DNA from: Roseobacter sp.
Lineage (GTDB): Bacteria; Pseudomonadota; Alphaproteobacteria; Rhodobacterales; Rhodobacteraceae
Reading direction: 5' to 3'
Assembly (NCBI GenBank): GCA_045106135.1
Contig: JBGCEG010000061.1
Coordinates: 34,809-98,808, forward strand
Length of the DNA: 64,000 nt
The notes below the pieces were generated by a model, which saw nothing but the letters and a program-made list of their open reading frames with translations, searched no databases and had not been told where the DNA came from. The stretch's first letter is position 1. Every line of letters begins with the position of its first letter. This document shows positions 19,554-29,218 of this stretch, in pieces. Position numbers and translations under genes: made by a program.

Positions 19554-19769
19554 ATGCAATCGATCAACATATCCACCCTCAGCACACACCTTGGTCCCCA
19601 AGGAGTCATCAAAGGCGTCGTCACACGCCTTGCCGTCTGGCGGACACGGCGCGCGCTTGCTTCGCTCGACGCCGCTGCGTTGAAAGACATCGGGATCAGC
19701 CCGCAGGCCGCCGCATCAGAAGCCGAAAAAGGCTTCTGGGACGTGCCCCACACGTGGAAATACCGCTGA
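19554..19769 (+). CDS. DUF1127 domain protein (71 aa)
   Basis: WRTRRALASLDAAALKDIGIS..A..EA.K.FWD; AGGAG SD. Confidence 0.88.
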   Translation: MQSINISTLSTHLGPQGVIKGVVTRLAVWRTRRALASLDAAALKDIGISPQAAASEAEKGFWDVPHTWKYR

Positions 19770-19857
19770 GCGCCCCGAATTTAGGCCGCTGTTTGACGCG
19801 GTTTTAAGGAAAGATTCACCTTACCGCGTCAAACCCGATCAAACCCGACCGAAAAGC

Positions 19858-19886
19858 CTTGAAATGCACGCGCTGGCCCCCGATAT
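19858..19886 (+). promoter_or_regulatory. Putative RpoH (sigma32) promoter of yccA
   Basis: CTTG-N17-CCCGATAT, about 60 bp upstream of the ATG. Confidence 0.6.
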
Positions 19887-19947
19887 TACACGCGAGAGCG
19901 CAAAGATTACCTGAAGCGCAGTCTGTTTCAATTGGAGGTCCATATTT

Positions 19948-20685
19948 ATGGCTGACGTGAATACAATCCGGACAAGCGCCGGATCCCGCGCCGCCCAGAT
20001 CGATGAAGGGTTGCGGGCCCACATGAGTAAAGTCTACGGCATCATGTCCGTAGGTATGCTGATCACCTTCGCTGTTGCTTGGGCTGTTGGTACAGCGCCG
20101 CAATTGCTGGCCGTGTTCCGTGACCCGGTGACGCTGCAGCCAAACATCCTTGGCTGGATCATCATGTTTGCACCGCTCGGGATGATTTTCCTGTTTGGCG
20201 CGGCGATCAATAAGCTGAGCGTATCTGCCGCACAGACGTTCTTTTACGCGTTTGCGGCTGTGATGGGTCTGTCGATCTCTTGGATTTTCGTGGCGTTCAC
20301 CGGCATGTCCATTGCACAGGTGTTCCTGATCACATCGATTGCTTTTGCGGGTCTGTCCCTGTGGGGCTACACCACCAAGAAAGACATCTCCGGCTGGGGC
20401 GCGTTCCTCATCATGGGTGTGATTGGCCTGATCGTGGCGTCGATTGTGAACATCTTCCTGGGCTCACCAGCGATTGCATTCGCCGTGTCCATACTGGGTG
20501 TGCTGATCTTTGCTGGCCTGACCGCGTATGACACGCAAAACATCAAGAATACGTATCTGGCGCACGCTCACCACGGCGATCAGGACTGGCTGGCCAAAGC
20601 CGGTATCATGGGCGCCCTGAGCCTGTACCTGAACTTCATCAATATGTTCATGATGCTGCTGTCGCTGTTCGGTAATCGCGAATAA
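19948..20685 (+). CDS. yccA: Bax inhibitor-1/YccA family membrane protein
   Basis: About 7 TM segments; IDEGLR..M.KVY, AYDTQ.IK, ALSLYL.FIN.F motifs; GGAGG SD. Confidence 0.92.
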   Translation: MADVNTIRTSAGSRAAQIDEGLRAHMSKVYGIMSVGMLITFAVAWAVGTAPQLLAVFRDPVTLQPNILGWIIMFAPLGMIFLFGAAINKLSVSAAQTFFYAFAAVMGLSISWIFVAFTGMSIAQVFLITSIAFAGLSLWGYTTKKDISGWGAFLIMGVIGLIVASIVNIFLGSPAIAFAVSILGVLIFAGLTAYDTQNIKNTYLAHAHHGDQDWLAKAGIMGALSLYLNFINMFMMLLSLFGNRE

Positions 20686-20712
20686 CGACGTTTTCCAGGA
20701 ACTAAATCGTTG

Positions 20713-20742
20713 GGTCGGCTTGCATTGCGAGCCGACCTTTTT
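20713..20742 (+). terminator. Rho-independent terminator of yccA
   Basis: GGTCGGCT...AGCCGACC stem followed by TTTTT. Confidence 0.8.
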
Positions 20743-20744
20743 CG

Positions 20745-21233
20745 TTAGAGAACCTGCTGCATCCGAATGGCGGGCAAGGCAATCCCTTCCCCCATGGGCA
20801 CATCAATATGGCCAACAACGTCAAACCCCATGGCGGTGTAAAAAGGCACGGCCGTGTAGGTTGACCAACACTCCATCTCCTGAAACCCAGCGTCCCGCGC
20901 CGCCTGCAAGGCATGGCCAATCAAGCACCGCGCGATCCCCTTGCGCAGGTGTCTGTCGTCCGTCACCACATGGCGAATGTGGGCCTTTATCGGAACTTCT
21001 TTGTCTTTGCTCCAGCCGCCCGCGCCCAGAATTTCCGGGGTTTCACCTATGGTTTGCTGCCAGACATAGTAGCTTTGGCTCGACAGCAGATGCGGTTGCG
21101 CCCGGATCATGACGGGCAGCGCACGATCCAAAACGGACGCCGGATAGTCCGCAGCCAGCAGACGCGGGTAGCTACGCGCCAACAACGCGTCAACGGCAGC
21201 AAGGTCATCCAGTGTGGCAAGGCGGACTGTCAT
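20745..21233 (-). CDS. GNAT family acetyltransferase
   Basis: RHVVTD..HLRKGIAR acetyl-CoA motif, AVPFY..MGF. Confidence 0.85.
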   Translation of the reverse strand: MTVRLATLDDLAAVDALLARSYPRLLAADYPASVLDRALPVMIRAQPHLLSSQSYYVWQQTIGETPEILGAGGWSKDKEVPIKAHIRHVVTDDRHLRKGIARCLIGHALQAARDAGFQEMECWSTYTAVPFYTAMGFDVVGHIDVPMGEGIALPAIRMQQVL

Positions 21234-21250
21234 AAACGGCAGACTAACAC

Positions 21251-21280
21251 GAAAAAAGGCCGCGCAGGGTGCACGGCCTT
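21251..21280 (-). terminator. Rho-independent terminator of rpmG
   Basis: Minus strand reads AAGGCCGTGCA-CCC-TGCGCGGCCTT running into a T tract. Confidence 0.8.
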
Positions 21281-21302
21281 CAACATCGCATCAAAGCAAA
21301 TC

Positions 21303-21470
21303 TTACTTGATCTTGCCTTCTTTATATTCGACGTGCTTGCGCGCCACAGGGTCATACTTCCGCACGACCATTTTCTCGGTCATGGTGCGTGCGTTTTTTT
21401 TGGTGACGTAGAAGTGGCCTGTCCCCGCACTGGAGTTCAGACGAATCTTGATCGTGGTTGGCTTGGCCAT
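21303..21470 (-). CDS. rpmG: 50S ribosomal protein L33
   Basis: [44 protein letters not shown]; Cys-free (non-zinc) form. Confidence 0.98.
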   Translation of the reverse strand: MAKPTTIKIRLNSSAGTGHFYVTKKNARTMTEKMVVRKYDPVARKHVEYKEGKIK

Positions 21471-21595
21471 GGTCGCTCTCCTGCAGCGGGCACCCAAAGG
21501 CGTCTTCCGCGTGAAACTCTAGGTTTTGGCTTTTATCGCGCTGGCCGGGCCTGTCAACCTCAAAAGCACGCAGAAAGAGGACCCAGAGCAATGAT

Positions 21596-22003
21596 GCGCG
21601 GAAAGCCTGTAAGCCGGATTCTGTTCCCCGAAGTTGCCTTCGGTTCGATGACCATTCCTCTTGCCCTTCCGTTGCCGAAAAGGCTCTAGCTGCCAACCCG
21701 GACCTGCTTGGGCAAAAGCGGCCCAGCCTTGCGGCGCGCGGTCCCTATTTGGCATTGCTCCCGGTGGGGCTTGCCGTGCCACCCCTGTTGCCAGCGGCGC
21801 GGTGGGCTCTTACCCCACCGTTTCACCCTTACTCCGGGCACGCCCGGAGCGGTTTCATTTCTGTGGCGCTTTCCGTCGGGTTCCCGGCCGGTTTCCCCGC
21901 CGATCCCCGCCCGGGCGTTACCCGGCACCGTTGCTTTTTGGAGTCCGGACTTTCCTCCCCCGCGAGGTTTCCCTCACGACGGCGGCCATCCGGCTTTCCG
22001 CGC
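21596..22003 (-). ncRNA. rnpB: RNase P RNA, class A
   Basis: Minus strand has GAGGAAAGTCCGGACTCC near the 5' end, GGGTGAAACGGTGGGGTAAGAGCCCACC internally and AACAGAATCCGGCTTA near the 3' end; the ends pair as P1 (GCGCGGAAAGCC/GGCTTTCCGCGC). Confidence 0.97.
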
Positions 22004-22057
22004 GTGGGCGTGATGCACGCTATCCCAGCACGCGTCAATGGCAGAAGCAGCGCCCCG

Positions 22058-22708
22058 TCAATCAACGCGCGGTAAAGCCGCCATATCCGCAGCGGTCAGC
22101 GGGCCGGACGCAAAGGGGCGAAACCGCAGTCTGACAGCTTCCAGCAACGTCTGATCCGGTACCGGGGCGGTGAACCCGGCCAATTGCGCCGCCTTGCGAA
22201 ACTGGGCAGGCGCAACCGCCCCATCAAAAGGTCCCGCACCCGCTGGCCGCGCCAACCCTTGCCGCGCGAGGCGCGCCCAGTCGAAACGCGCACCGGGGTC
22301 GCTTTTCCGGCCCGGTGCCATGTCTGAATGGCCAATCACCTCAGACGGCGGGATAGACCAGCGGTTCAGGATGTCCTGCAAAAGCTGCTCCAGCGCAGAC
22401 ATCAGCGGCGCACTGAAAGGATGTGTGCCTGCATTGTCCAACTCAATCCCGATGGAGCGGGAGTTGATATCCGCCTGTCCGCGCCATTCGCCGTGGCCCG
22501 CATGCCAGGCGCGCTGCGCCTCGTCGACCATGTGAATAATGTCACCATCCCGCGCAATCAAATAGTGCGCAGAGACCTCGACCGCAGGATCGCACAGCCT
22601 GTCACGCGCAGCCGCAGCGCTGGCCATCCCCGTATAGTGCAGCACCACGATCTGCGGCACTGCGCCGCCTCTGCGCGGTCCAAAATTAGGGGATGGGTGC
22701 CAGTGCAC
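22058..22708 (-). CDS. N-acetylmuramoyl-L-alanine amidase (Amidase_2, AmpD/AmiD-like)
   Basis: VLHYT, SAHY, RAWHAG, SIGIE, GHSD..PGRK.DPG motifs. Confidence 0.92.
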   Translation of the reverse strand: MHWHPSPNFGPRRGGAVPQIVVLHYTGMASAAAARDRLCDPAVEVSAHYLIARDGDIIHMVDEAQRAWHAGHGEWRGQADINSRSIGIELDNAGTHPFSAPLMSALEQLLQDILNRWSIPPSEVIGHSDMAPGRKSDPGARFDWARLARQGLARPAGAGPFDGAVAPAQFRKAAQLAGFTAPVPDQTLLEAVRLRFRPFASGPLTAADMAALPRVD

Positions 22709-22710
22709 CT

Positions 22711-23442
22711 TTAGCCTTGCGCAGCCTTACGGAACGGTTCGGGGTTCCATGAACAGGCATAGCCATCCCCGTCCGGGTCCAACCCACGGCGATCCCATTC
22801 GGGGCCGCCCCGTTGTAGAAAATCAAGCTGCGCCTGGTCGGGTGAAGGGTACCCTGCGCAATTGCGCAGCGCTCTGGCCTCGCCGTTCAGCCCTGCCCGC
22901 GCATACAGGCGCGTACCCACAGGGTGCGAGGTTGCAAGCGCGAATTCCACCACGTTTGGTCCGGTACTGCCGGGGCGTGTTGGCAAGGCCTCAGGCTCGA
23001 CGACAGTATATTGCGCTCTGTTGTCGGCAATGCGTGCCGCGTCACTTTCGATCGTTTCGCGCGAGGCGACGACATCAAAGTCATTTTCCTGTGACAAACC
23101 GGGGTTGTTGGGAACAGCACTGGACGCGGCAACCGCAGCGGGGGTCGCTGGTGCAGGCCGCGTTTGATCGAGGATGCGCGCCGTCTCAGCGGCGGTTGCC
23201 TCTGCGGATGTGGCAGGCACCGTCGCTGTTGTACCGTCCAGCGGCGCATTCGGGGGCAACACGGTCTGCGGCACACTCAGGGTGCTTTGTGCCAAAGCCG
23301 CATCCCGCGCCTGTTGTTGCTGAAGGAATGGGTCGTCAAACCCAATGCCACTGTTTGGCACAGGTTGCGTGCAGGCGCTCAGGGCCACAAGGGCAAGCAG
23401 AAAAAACCGTGTTCCTTGATGCATTTGGTCCCCTTCCTTCAT
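22711..23442 (-). CDS. Hypothetical lipoprotein with C-terminal Excalibur-like Ca-binding motif
   Basis: Lipobox LSAC; Ala/Pro/Thr-rich linker; C..Y...DQAQ..LDPDGDGYAC. Confidence 0.7.
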   Translation of the reverse strand: MKEGDQMHQGTRFFLLALVALSACTQPVPNSGIGFDDPFLQQQQARDAALAQSTLSVPQTVLPPNAPLDGTTATVPATSAEATAAETARILDQTRPAPATPAAVAASSAVPNNPGLSQENDFDVVASRETIESDAARIADNRAQYTVVEPEALPTRPGSTGPNVVEFALATSHPVGTRLYARAGLNGEARALRNCAGYPSPDQAQLDFLQRGGPEWDRRGLDPDGDGYACSWNPEPFRKAAQG

Positions 23443-23454
23443 ATCGTGTTCAGA

Positions 23455-24942
23455 TTACCACCATTTGGCAGGCTTTGCCACAAAGCCCGCTGCCTGCTCC
23501 AGCGCGTAGGCGGTGTTCAGCAACTCTGCTTCCGCCCAAGGCTGACCGATCAGTTGCAACCCCAGAGGCAGGCCCTGTTTGTCCAACCCGGCAGGCACCG
23601 CAATCCCCGGCAGACCCGCCAGATTGACCGTTACCGTGAACACATCGTTGAGATACATTTGCACCGGGTCCGCGTCCGTCATTTCGCCCAGCCCAAAGGC
23701 CGCCGAGGGCGTGGCCGGTGTCAGGATCGCATCGACGCCCTGCGCGAACACCTCGTCAAAGTCACGCTTGATCAGCGCACGCACCTTGCGCGCACGGTTA
23801 TAATAGGCATCGTAAAAGCCCGCTGACAGCACATAGGTGCCAACCATAACCCGGCGCTTGACCTCATCGCCAAACCCTTCGGCCCGGGTCTTTTCGTACA
23901 TCTCGGTGATACCGTCGCCTTGGGCCAGCTTGGCGCGGTGGCCGTAGCGCACACCATCATAGCGCGCGAGGTTCGACGAGGCCTCTGCCGGGGCGATGAC
24001 GTAATAGGCAGGCAAGGCATACTTGGTGTGCGGCAAAGAGATGTCGACGATTTTGGCGCCTGCGTCTTTCATCATCTCGATGCCTGTGGCCCAGAGCGCC
24101 TCAATCTCGTCGGGCATCCCGTCCATCCGGTATTCCTTGGGAATGCCGATGGTCTTGCCGCGAATATCACCGCTCAGCGCCGCCTCGAAATCCGGCACCG
24201 GCAGATCAGCGGATGTGCTGTCTTTGGGGTCATGGCCGCACATGGCCTCCAGCATGATTGCCGCATCGCGCACCGATTTGGTCATCGGACCCGCCTGATC
24301 GAGCGAGGAGGCAAAGGCCACGATGCCCCACCGCGAACAGCGCCCGTAGGTCGGTTTGATCCCGACCGTACCTGTGAAGGCTGCGGGTTGGCGGATGGAG
24401 CCGCCCGTGTCCGTCCCCGTCGCTGCCAGACACAGATCAGCAGCAACAGCCGACGCCGACCCACCGGAGGACCCGCCCGGGGTCAGGGCCGTTCCATCAT
24501 TGCCCCGCCGCCATGGGTTGACCGCATTGCCGTAAACCGATGTCTCATTCGACGAGCCCATGGCAAATTCATCCATATTCAGCTTGCCAAGCATGACCGC
24601 GCCCGCATCTGCCAGATTCTGGCTGACCGTGCTCTCATACTCCGGCACGAAGCCTTCGAGAATGGCGCTTCCCGCCTGACTGGGCACGCCTTTGGTGCAA
24701 AACAGGTCCTTGATGCCTATGGGCAGCCCACACATGGCGGGCGCATCCCCCGCGGCCAATCGCTGATCCGCAGCCTGCGCCCGCTCCAGCGCCACCTCAG
24801 GTGCATGGTGCACAAAGGCGTTCAGTGCCCCCGCCGCGTTAATGGCGGACAGGCAACTCTCTGTTAGCTCTTTTGATGTGGTCTCCCCCGCGCGCAACGC
24901 ATCCCGTGCGGCAGCCAGACCCAGTTCGTTCAACGCGCTCAT
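23455..24942 (-). CDS. gatA: Asp/Glu-tRNA amidotransferase subunit A
   Basis: [41 protein letters not shown] motifs. Confidence 0.97.
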   Translation of the reverse strand: MSALNELGLAAARDALRAGETTSKELTESCLSAINAAGALNAFVHHAPEVALERAQAADQRLAAGDAPAMCGLPIGIKDLFCTKGVPSQAGSAILEGFVPEYESTVSQNLADAGAVMLGKLNMDEFAMGSSNETSVYGNAVNPWRRGNDGTALTPGGSSGGSASAVAADLCLAATGTDTGGSIRQPAAFTGTVGIKPTYGRCSRWGIVAFASSLDQAGPMTKSVRDAAIMLEAMCGHDPKDSTSADLPVPDFEAALSGDIRGKTIGIPKEYRMDGMPDEIEALWATGIEMMKDAGAKIVDISLPHTKYALPAYYVIAPAEASSNLARYDGVRYGHRAKLAQGDGITEMYEKTRAEGFGDEVKRRVMVGTYVLSAGFYDAYYNRARKVRALIKRDFDEVFAQGVDAILTPATPSAAFGLGEMTDADPVQMYLNDVFTVTVNLAGLPGIAVPAGLDKQGLPLGLQLIGQPWAEAELLNTAYALEQAAGFVAKPAKWW

Positions 24943-25229
24943 TATTCAACCACCTTTGGAACCGCAAAGAAACCTTCGCGCGCATCTGGCGCATTCGACA
25001 AAACCTCTGCCTGCTGACCCCCATCGGTCACGCCATCCTCGCGACGCTTCAGACGCTGCGGCGTCACGGAAACCATCGGCTCAATCCCCTCGACATCCAC
25101 CTCGGCCAACTGCTCAATGAACCCCAGGATGGTGTTGAATTCTCCCGCCAGCGCAGGCAGCGCCTCAGGTTCAACCTTGATGCGGGCCAGTTTCGCAACC
25201 CGGGCCGCTGTGGTTTCATCAATTGACAT
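24942..25229 (-). CDS. gatC: Asp/Glu-tRNA amidotransferase subunit C
   Basis: VAKLARI..NAP....FFAVPKVVE; AGGAGG SD; TAATG coupling to gatA. Confidence 0.96.
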   Translation of the reverse strand: MSIDETTAARVAKLARIKVEPEALPALAGEFNTILGFIEQLAEVDVEGIEPMVSVTPQRLKRREDGVTDGGQQAEVLSNAPDAREGFFAVPKVVE

Positions 25230-25268
25230 CGCGGGCCTCCTTTCACTGTTTTTACAGTGCATCTACCG

Positions 25269-25919
25269 CTATGCGCGTGGCTTGCCAAGGGCTGCGCGGG
25301 CGTAAACCTCGATCATCCAGCCCAGCAATACTGCATTGATCAGATGCCACATGAAATGCGTCCCCAAAGGCACCGCATCACAAAGCGGCAGATCAAGCGT
25401 TCGAAACACCAAGGACACAAGTAAAAGACCGGCCCCGACGGCCATGCCTTGCGCAAGCTGCCGGTCTCTGCCGGATAGTAAAACCGCGTAAATCAGGATC
25501 AAAAGCGCCACAGGAACGTAGCCTGCGGAAGCTCCTAGCCATGGCAGCATCCCAAACACCGGCACCGTCAACGCGGCATAAGGGAAAAACAACGCCGTCA
25601 CACCAAGCGCAGGCCAGCGCGACATCCCCCACCCCACCCGGTTGATCGCGTAAACATAGGCCAGAATGAACGCAAGGATCGGGGCAACATCCGCCATCGC
25701 AGCCCAGGGCTGTGCAAAAGTGTGAAACAGAAAACTGCCCACCCCGATGCAAAACAGGATGAGACACAACAGCCCCGCGCGCGGCACATCCCCGCGCCGC
25801 GCCCACATGAACACAGCCGACAAGATAAAAGCCCCGTTGGTGACCGCATTGATCGGCTCAGCCCAAAAACCGGGATCAAGCCGCTCGCAATAGCCGTCGA
25901 TCGCTCGGGTCAAATCCAT
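25269..25919 (-). CDS. Ceramidase-domain (CREST superfamily) membrane protein
   Basis: YCER..WAEPINAVTN, GSFLFHT (SxxxH), THFMWH (HxxxH); about 7 TM segments. Confidence 0.8.
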   Translation of the reverse strand: MDLTRAIDGYCERLDPGFWAEPINAVTNGAFILSAVFMWARRGDVPRAGLLCLILFCIGVGSFLFHTFAQPWAAMADVAPILAFILAYVYAINRVGWGMSRWPALGVTALFFPYAALTVPVFGMLPWLGASAGYVPVALLILIYAVLLSGRDRQLAQGMAVGAGLLLVSLVFRTLDLPLCDAVPLGTHFMWHLINAVLLGWMIEVYARAALGKPRA

Positions 25920-26019
25920 GAACGCGCCCTTTCTTTTGGCAAAAATACACCCGCCGGAGGCTCCCCACCGCTGGAAAAGTACAATAGGGTGCAGGTATGT
26001 CAGAACAGGAGGGGTGCAA

Positions 26020-26709
26020 ATGAAATTCACATGGATGGGACATGGCAGCTTCCGGCTCGAAATCGGCGGTCAGGTGCTGCTGATTGATCCCTGGCGCACA
26101 GGCAACCCGATGATCAACGAGGCACAGTGGGACACCGCCACCGCCGGGGCGACCCACATCCTGCTGACCCATGGGCATGGCGATCACAGCGCAGATGCGC
26201 TGCCCCTTGCGCAAAGGCTTGGTATTCCACTGGTGGGCATCTACGATCTGATGTCAGCGTTACAAAACCAAAACGACGTGGAAGCCATAGGGTTCAACAT
26301 GTCCGGGACCGTAGAACTGGGCGATGTTGCGGTGACGATGGTGCCAGCCATGCACTCGAATTCTTACGCCCCCGACCCGTCCATACCCGCCGGACGGGAG
26401 GCAGGTTTTATCCTGCAGGCTGAAGATCGCTGCGTCTACGTGTCAGGCGACACCGGGATCATGGCAGACATGGAGTGGATCGGCGACTACTTCAAACCCG
26501 ATGTGGGTATCCTCAGCGCCGGGGGCCATTTCACCATGGACATGAAGGCCACCGCCTATGCCGCGAAGCGCTACTTCGACTTCAAGACCATTGTCCCGGT
26601 GCACTACCGAACCTTCCCGCTGCTAGAGCAATCCGCCGAAAGCCTCAGGGCCGCGCTGCCCGATGTGGATGTCAAAACCCCCGACGTGATGGAGCCGACC
26701 CCCCTGTGA
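26020..26709 (+). CDS. Metallo-beta-lactamase-fold hydrolase (UPF0173)
   Basis: WMGHGSF, LIDPW, THGHGDH, SGDT, PVHYRTF motifs. Confidence 0.88.
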   Translation: MKFTWMGHGSFRLEIGGQVLLIDPWRTGNPMINEAQWDTATAGATHILLTHGHGDHSADALPLAQRLGIPLVGIYDLMSALQNQNDVEAIGFNMSGTVELGDVAVTMVPAMHSNSYAPDPSIPAGREAGFILQAEDRCVYVSGDTGIMADMEWIGDYFKPDVGILSAGGHFTMDMKATAYAAKRYFDFKTIVPVHYRTFPLLEQSAESLRAALPDVDVKTPDVMEPTPL

Positions 26710-26716
26710 CACAGCC

Positions 26717-27166
26717 CTAACGCTTGTGCAGGAAAAAGGCCCGCAGATAGGCCTCAGCCTCTTCTGCGGCAATCCCGTCGTAAACCTCAGGCACATGGTG
26801 ACACTGAGGATGCGAAAACACCCGCGCCCCCTGCGCCACGCCGCCGGATTTGGGGTCGCTCGCGCCATAATAGAGCCGGGCAATCCGCGCCGCCGAAATT
26901 GCCGCCGCACACATCGCACAAGGCTCCAGCGTCACATAAAGGGCGTGCCCGACCAGCCGTTCGGACCCCGCAGCAGCACAGGCTGCGCGAACGGCCAGAA
27001 TTTCCGCATGCGCGGTGGGGTCGTTCAGGGCGCGCGTCTGGTTGCCCGCTTGCGCCACCACCTGCCCGGCGGGGTCGATAACCACTGCACCCACGGGTAC
27101 TTCACCCCGCTTGCCCGCCGCGCGCGCCTCGCTGAGGGCCACCTCCATATGGCTTTTGAATGTCAT
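26717..27166 (-). CDS. tadA: tRNA adenosine(34) deaminase
   Basis: GEVPVGAV, DPTAHAE, TLEPCAMC motifs. Confidence 0.9.
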   Translation of the reverse strand: MTFKSHMEVALSEARAAGKRGEVPVGAVVIDPAGQVVAQAGNQTRALNDPTAHAEILAVRAACAAAGSERLVGHALYVTLEPCAMCAAAISAARIARLYYGASDPKSGGVAQGARVFSHPQCHHVPEVYDGIAAEEAEAYLRAFFLHKR

Positions 27167-27228
27167 GCCAGCACTTGTGCGCAAGTCTGACCCTTTCGCA
27201 ACCCCTGCAAAGCCGGTAAGAGCGCGCC

Positions 27229-28092
27229 ATGACCAATCCCACGCCCCCAGCCGCAAATGCCACGCCAAGCGGCGACCGCATCGCCAAAGTCCTGAGCCGC
27301 GCAGGCGTTGCCTCACGCCGCGAAGCAGAGCGGATGATCGAGGCCGGGCGCGTCGCGGTCAACGGCAAGGTCATCACCTCGCCCGCCCTGAACGTGGTTG
27401 AAAAAGACCGGATCACCGTGGACGGGCGCGAAATCACACCGCCCGAACCCCAGCGCCTCTGGCTCTACCACAAACCCGCTGGACTGGTGACAACCACCCG
27501 CGACGAAAAGGGCCGCCAGACGATCTTTGATGCGCTGCCAGACGATCTGCCAAGGGTCATGAGCGTTGGACGGCTTGATCTGAATTCCGAAGGTCTTTTG
27601 CTGCTGACCAATGACGGCGGCATCAAGCGCCAGCTTGAACTGCCCTCCACCGGATGGCTGCGGCGCTACCGCGTGCGGGTCAAAGGCGCGCCAACCGACG
27701 CGCACCTTGACCCTTTGCGCAAGGGTCTGGTGGTTGACGGGGAAAATTTTCAACCGATGCAAGTGACCCTTGACCGACAGCAAGGCGCAAACGCCTGGCT
27801 GACCATTGGCCTGCGCGAAGGGCGCAACCGCGAAATTCGCCGCGCGACAGAGGCGGTCGGTCTGGTTGTGAACCGGCTGATCCGCATCAGCTACGGGCCC
27901 TTTCAACTGGGCGATCTGAAACCCGGCGCGGTCGAGGAAATACGCCGCCGCATCATGCGTGATCAACTGGGCCTGTCCAATCCGGAGGATGACGACAGCG
28001 GTACCGCAAAACCAAGGAGCAAACCAGTGCGCCGCCGCAGCAAGCCCCCCGGCGCACGCCCGACCCGTACCCCCGGAAAATCCCGGCGCTGA
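27229..28092 (+). CDS. rluB: 23S rRNA pseudouridine synthase, RluB-like
   Basis: S4 domain (SRREAE), HKP.G, GRLD.NSEGLLLLTNDG, EGRNREIRR. Confidence 0.85.
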   Translation: MTNPTPPAANATPSGDRIAKVLSRAGVASRREAERMIEAGRVAVNGKVITSPALNVVEKDRITVDGREITPPEPQRLWLYHKPAGLVTTTRDEKGRQTIFDALPDDLPRVMSVGRLDLNSEGLLLLTNDGGIKRQLELPSTGWLRRYRVRVKGAPTDAHLDPLRKGLVVDGENFQPMQVTLDRQQGANAWLTIGLREGRNREIRRATEAVGLVVNRLIRISYGPFQLGDLKPGAVEEIRRRIMRDQLGLSNPEDDDSGTAKPRSKPVRRRSKPPGARPTRTPGKSRR

Positions 28093-28147
28093 ACAGGGTC
28101 CTTGGGGTCTGCCGCAGGGCATAGGCGCGAATACCAATGCTTTGACG

Positions 28148-28176
28148 CTGGTGCATGCGGCGTTCCCTACCTATAT
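28148..28176 (+). promoter_or_regulatory. Possible RpoH-type promoter of the xpaC-telA operon
   Basis: CCTATAT -10 element at 28170-28176; weak -35 (CTGG) 18 bp upstream. Confidence 0.35.
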
Positions 28177-28204
28177 TGGCCCCAATTATTTTAGGTGGGA
28201 CAAC

Positions 28205-28294
28205 ATGCGGCCAACCGGTTTTCAGAAAGTGACATATGCAGCACTGCTTGCCTTGATGGTAGGCGTGACCGCTGGGCTGATTGGCGGGCTTTGA
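28205..28294 (+). CDS. Small single-TM protein (29 aa) MRPTGFQKVTYAALLALMVGVTAGLIGGL
   Basis: AGGTGGGA SD-like sequence; basic N-terminus plus hydrophobic helix with a GxxxGxxG pattern; stop 3 nt before the next ATG. Confidence 0.6.
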   Translation: MRPTGFQKVTYAALLALMVGVTAGLIGGL

Positions 28295-28297
28295 ACG

Positions 28298-29197
28298 ATG
28301 GCGCAGCGCTTTGGCGGAAAATACAGCCCGAAAGGCCAACAAAAAGCCACTCAGGCACAGGCGCGCCCCACAGCGGCGCCCCACGAGGTCACGGTTGATC
28401 CGGTTGGGGCCCGCGCAAACCTGATGTTTCTGCCCGCGATCATCTTGTTGTTCGCCGGTCTTTTCAAAGGGGCGATGGGGTTGACGCTGGCGCTGTCCGG
28501 GGCGGGCCTGCTGGCTTTAGGCGCATGGCTCTTGCGCGGCGGCCTGCAAGCGCAATCGGCCTACAACGCCCGCAAAATGGCACGCCGCCCCGCGATGCCG
28601 CGCAAAATAGCCGCCGCTGTGCTGGCAGGCGCGGGCATCTGTGTGGGCGCGCTGTCCCACGACAGTGGTCTGATCGCCGCCGTTTTGTTTGGCATAGCCA
28701 CCACAGGGCTGCATCTCGCGGCCTTCGGGATTGACCCCATGTCGGACAAAGGCATGGAAGGGGTCGACAGCTTCCAGCAAGACCGGGTGGCGCGGGTTGT
28801 TGACGAAGCAGACGAACACCTTGCCGCCATGAATGACGCCTTGCGGCGTACCCAAGACCGCGCGCTGCTGGATCGGATGTCGCAGTTTCAATCCACCGTC
28901 CGTGGCCTGATCCGCACCGTCGAAGAGGACCCCCGCGACCTGACGGCGGCGCGCAAATACCTTGGCGTCTATCTGCTGGGGGCACGGGATGCGTCGGTCA
29001 AATATGCCGATCTGCAGGCCCGTAGCGATGCGACTGCCGCGCGCGCCGACTATCTGGCGCTGCTGGACGATCTTGAAGCGAACTTTGCGGCGAAACAGGA
29101 AAAGCTGCTCGTGGATGATCAATCTGATCTCACGGTTGAGATTGAAGTCCTGCGCGAAAGGTTGCAACGCGAGGGCTTGCCGGCAGGCGAACGCTGA
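28298..29197 (+). CDS. XpaC-like (5-bromo-4-chloroindolyl phosphate hydrolysis family) membrane protein
   Basis: N-terminal TM segments; C-terminal ARKYLGVYL..DL.VEIEVL; upstream of a TelA-like gene. Confidence 0.8.
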   Translation: MAQRFGGKYSPKGQQKATQAQARPTAAPHEVTVDPVGARANLMFLPAIILLFAGLFKGAMGLTLALSGAGLLALGAWLLRGGLQAQSAYNARKMARRPAMPRKIAAAVLAGAGICVGALSHDSGLIAAVLFGIATTGLHLAAFGIDPMSDKGMEGVDSFQQDRVARVVDEADEHLAAMNDALRRTQDRALLDRMSQFQSTVRGLIRTVEEDPRDLTAARKYLGVYLLGARDASVKYADLQARSDATAARADYLALLDDLEANFAAKQEKLLVDDQSDLTVEIEVLRERLQREGLPAGER

Positions 29198-29218
29198 TTT
29201 GAACAAAGGAGTACGACG

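Noticed and set aside
21519-22134. Several short ORFs on both strands
   Set aside because: They overlap the RNase P RNA gene and are spurious
23455-25229. Absence of gatB next to gatCA
   Set aside because: A separate gatB is common in alphaproteobacteria
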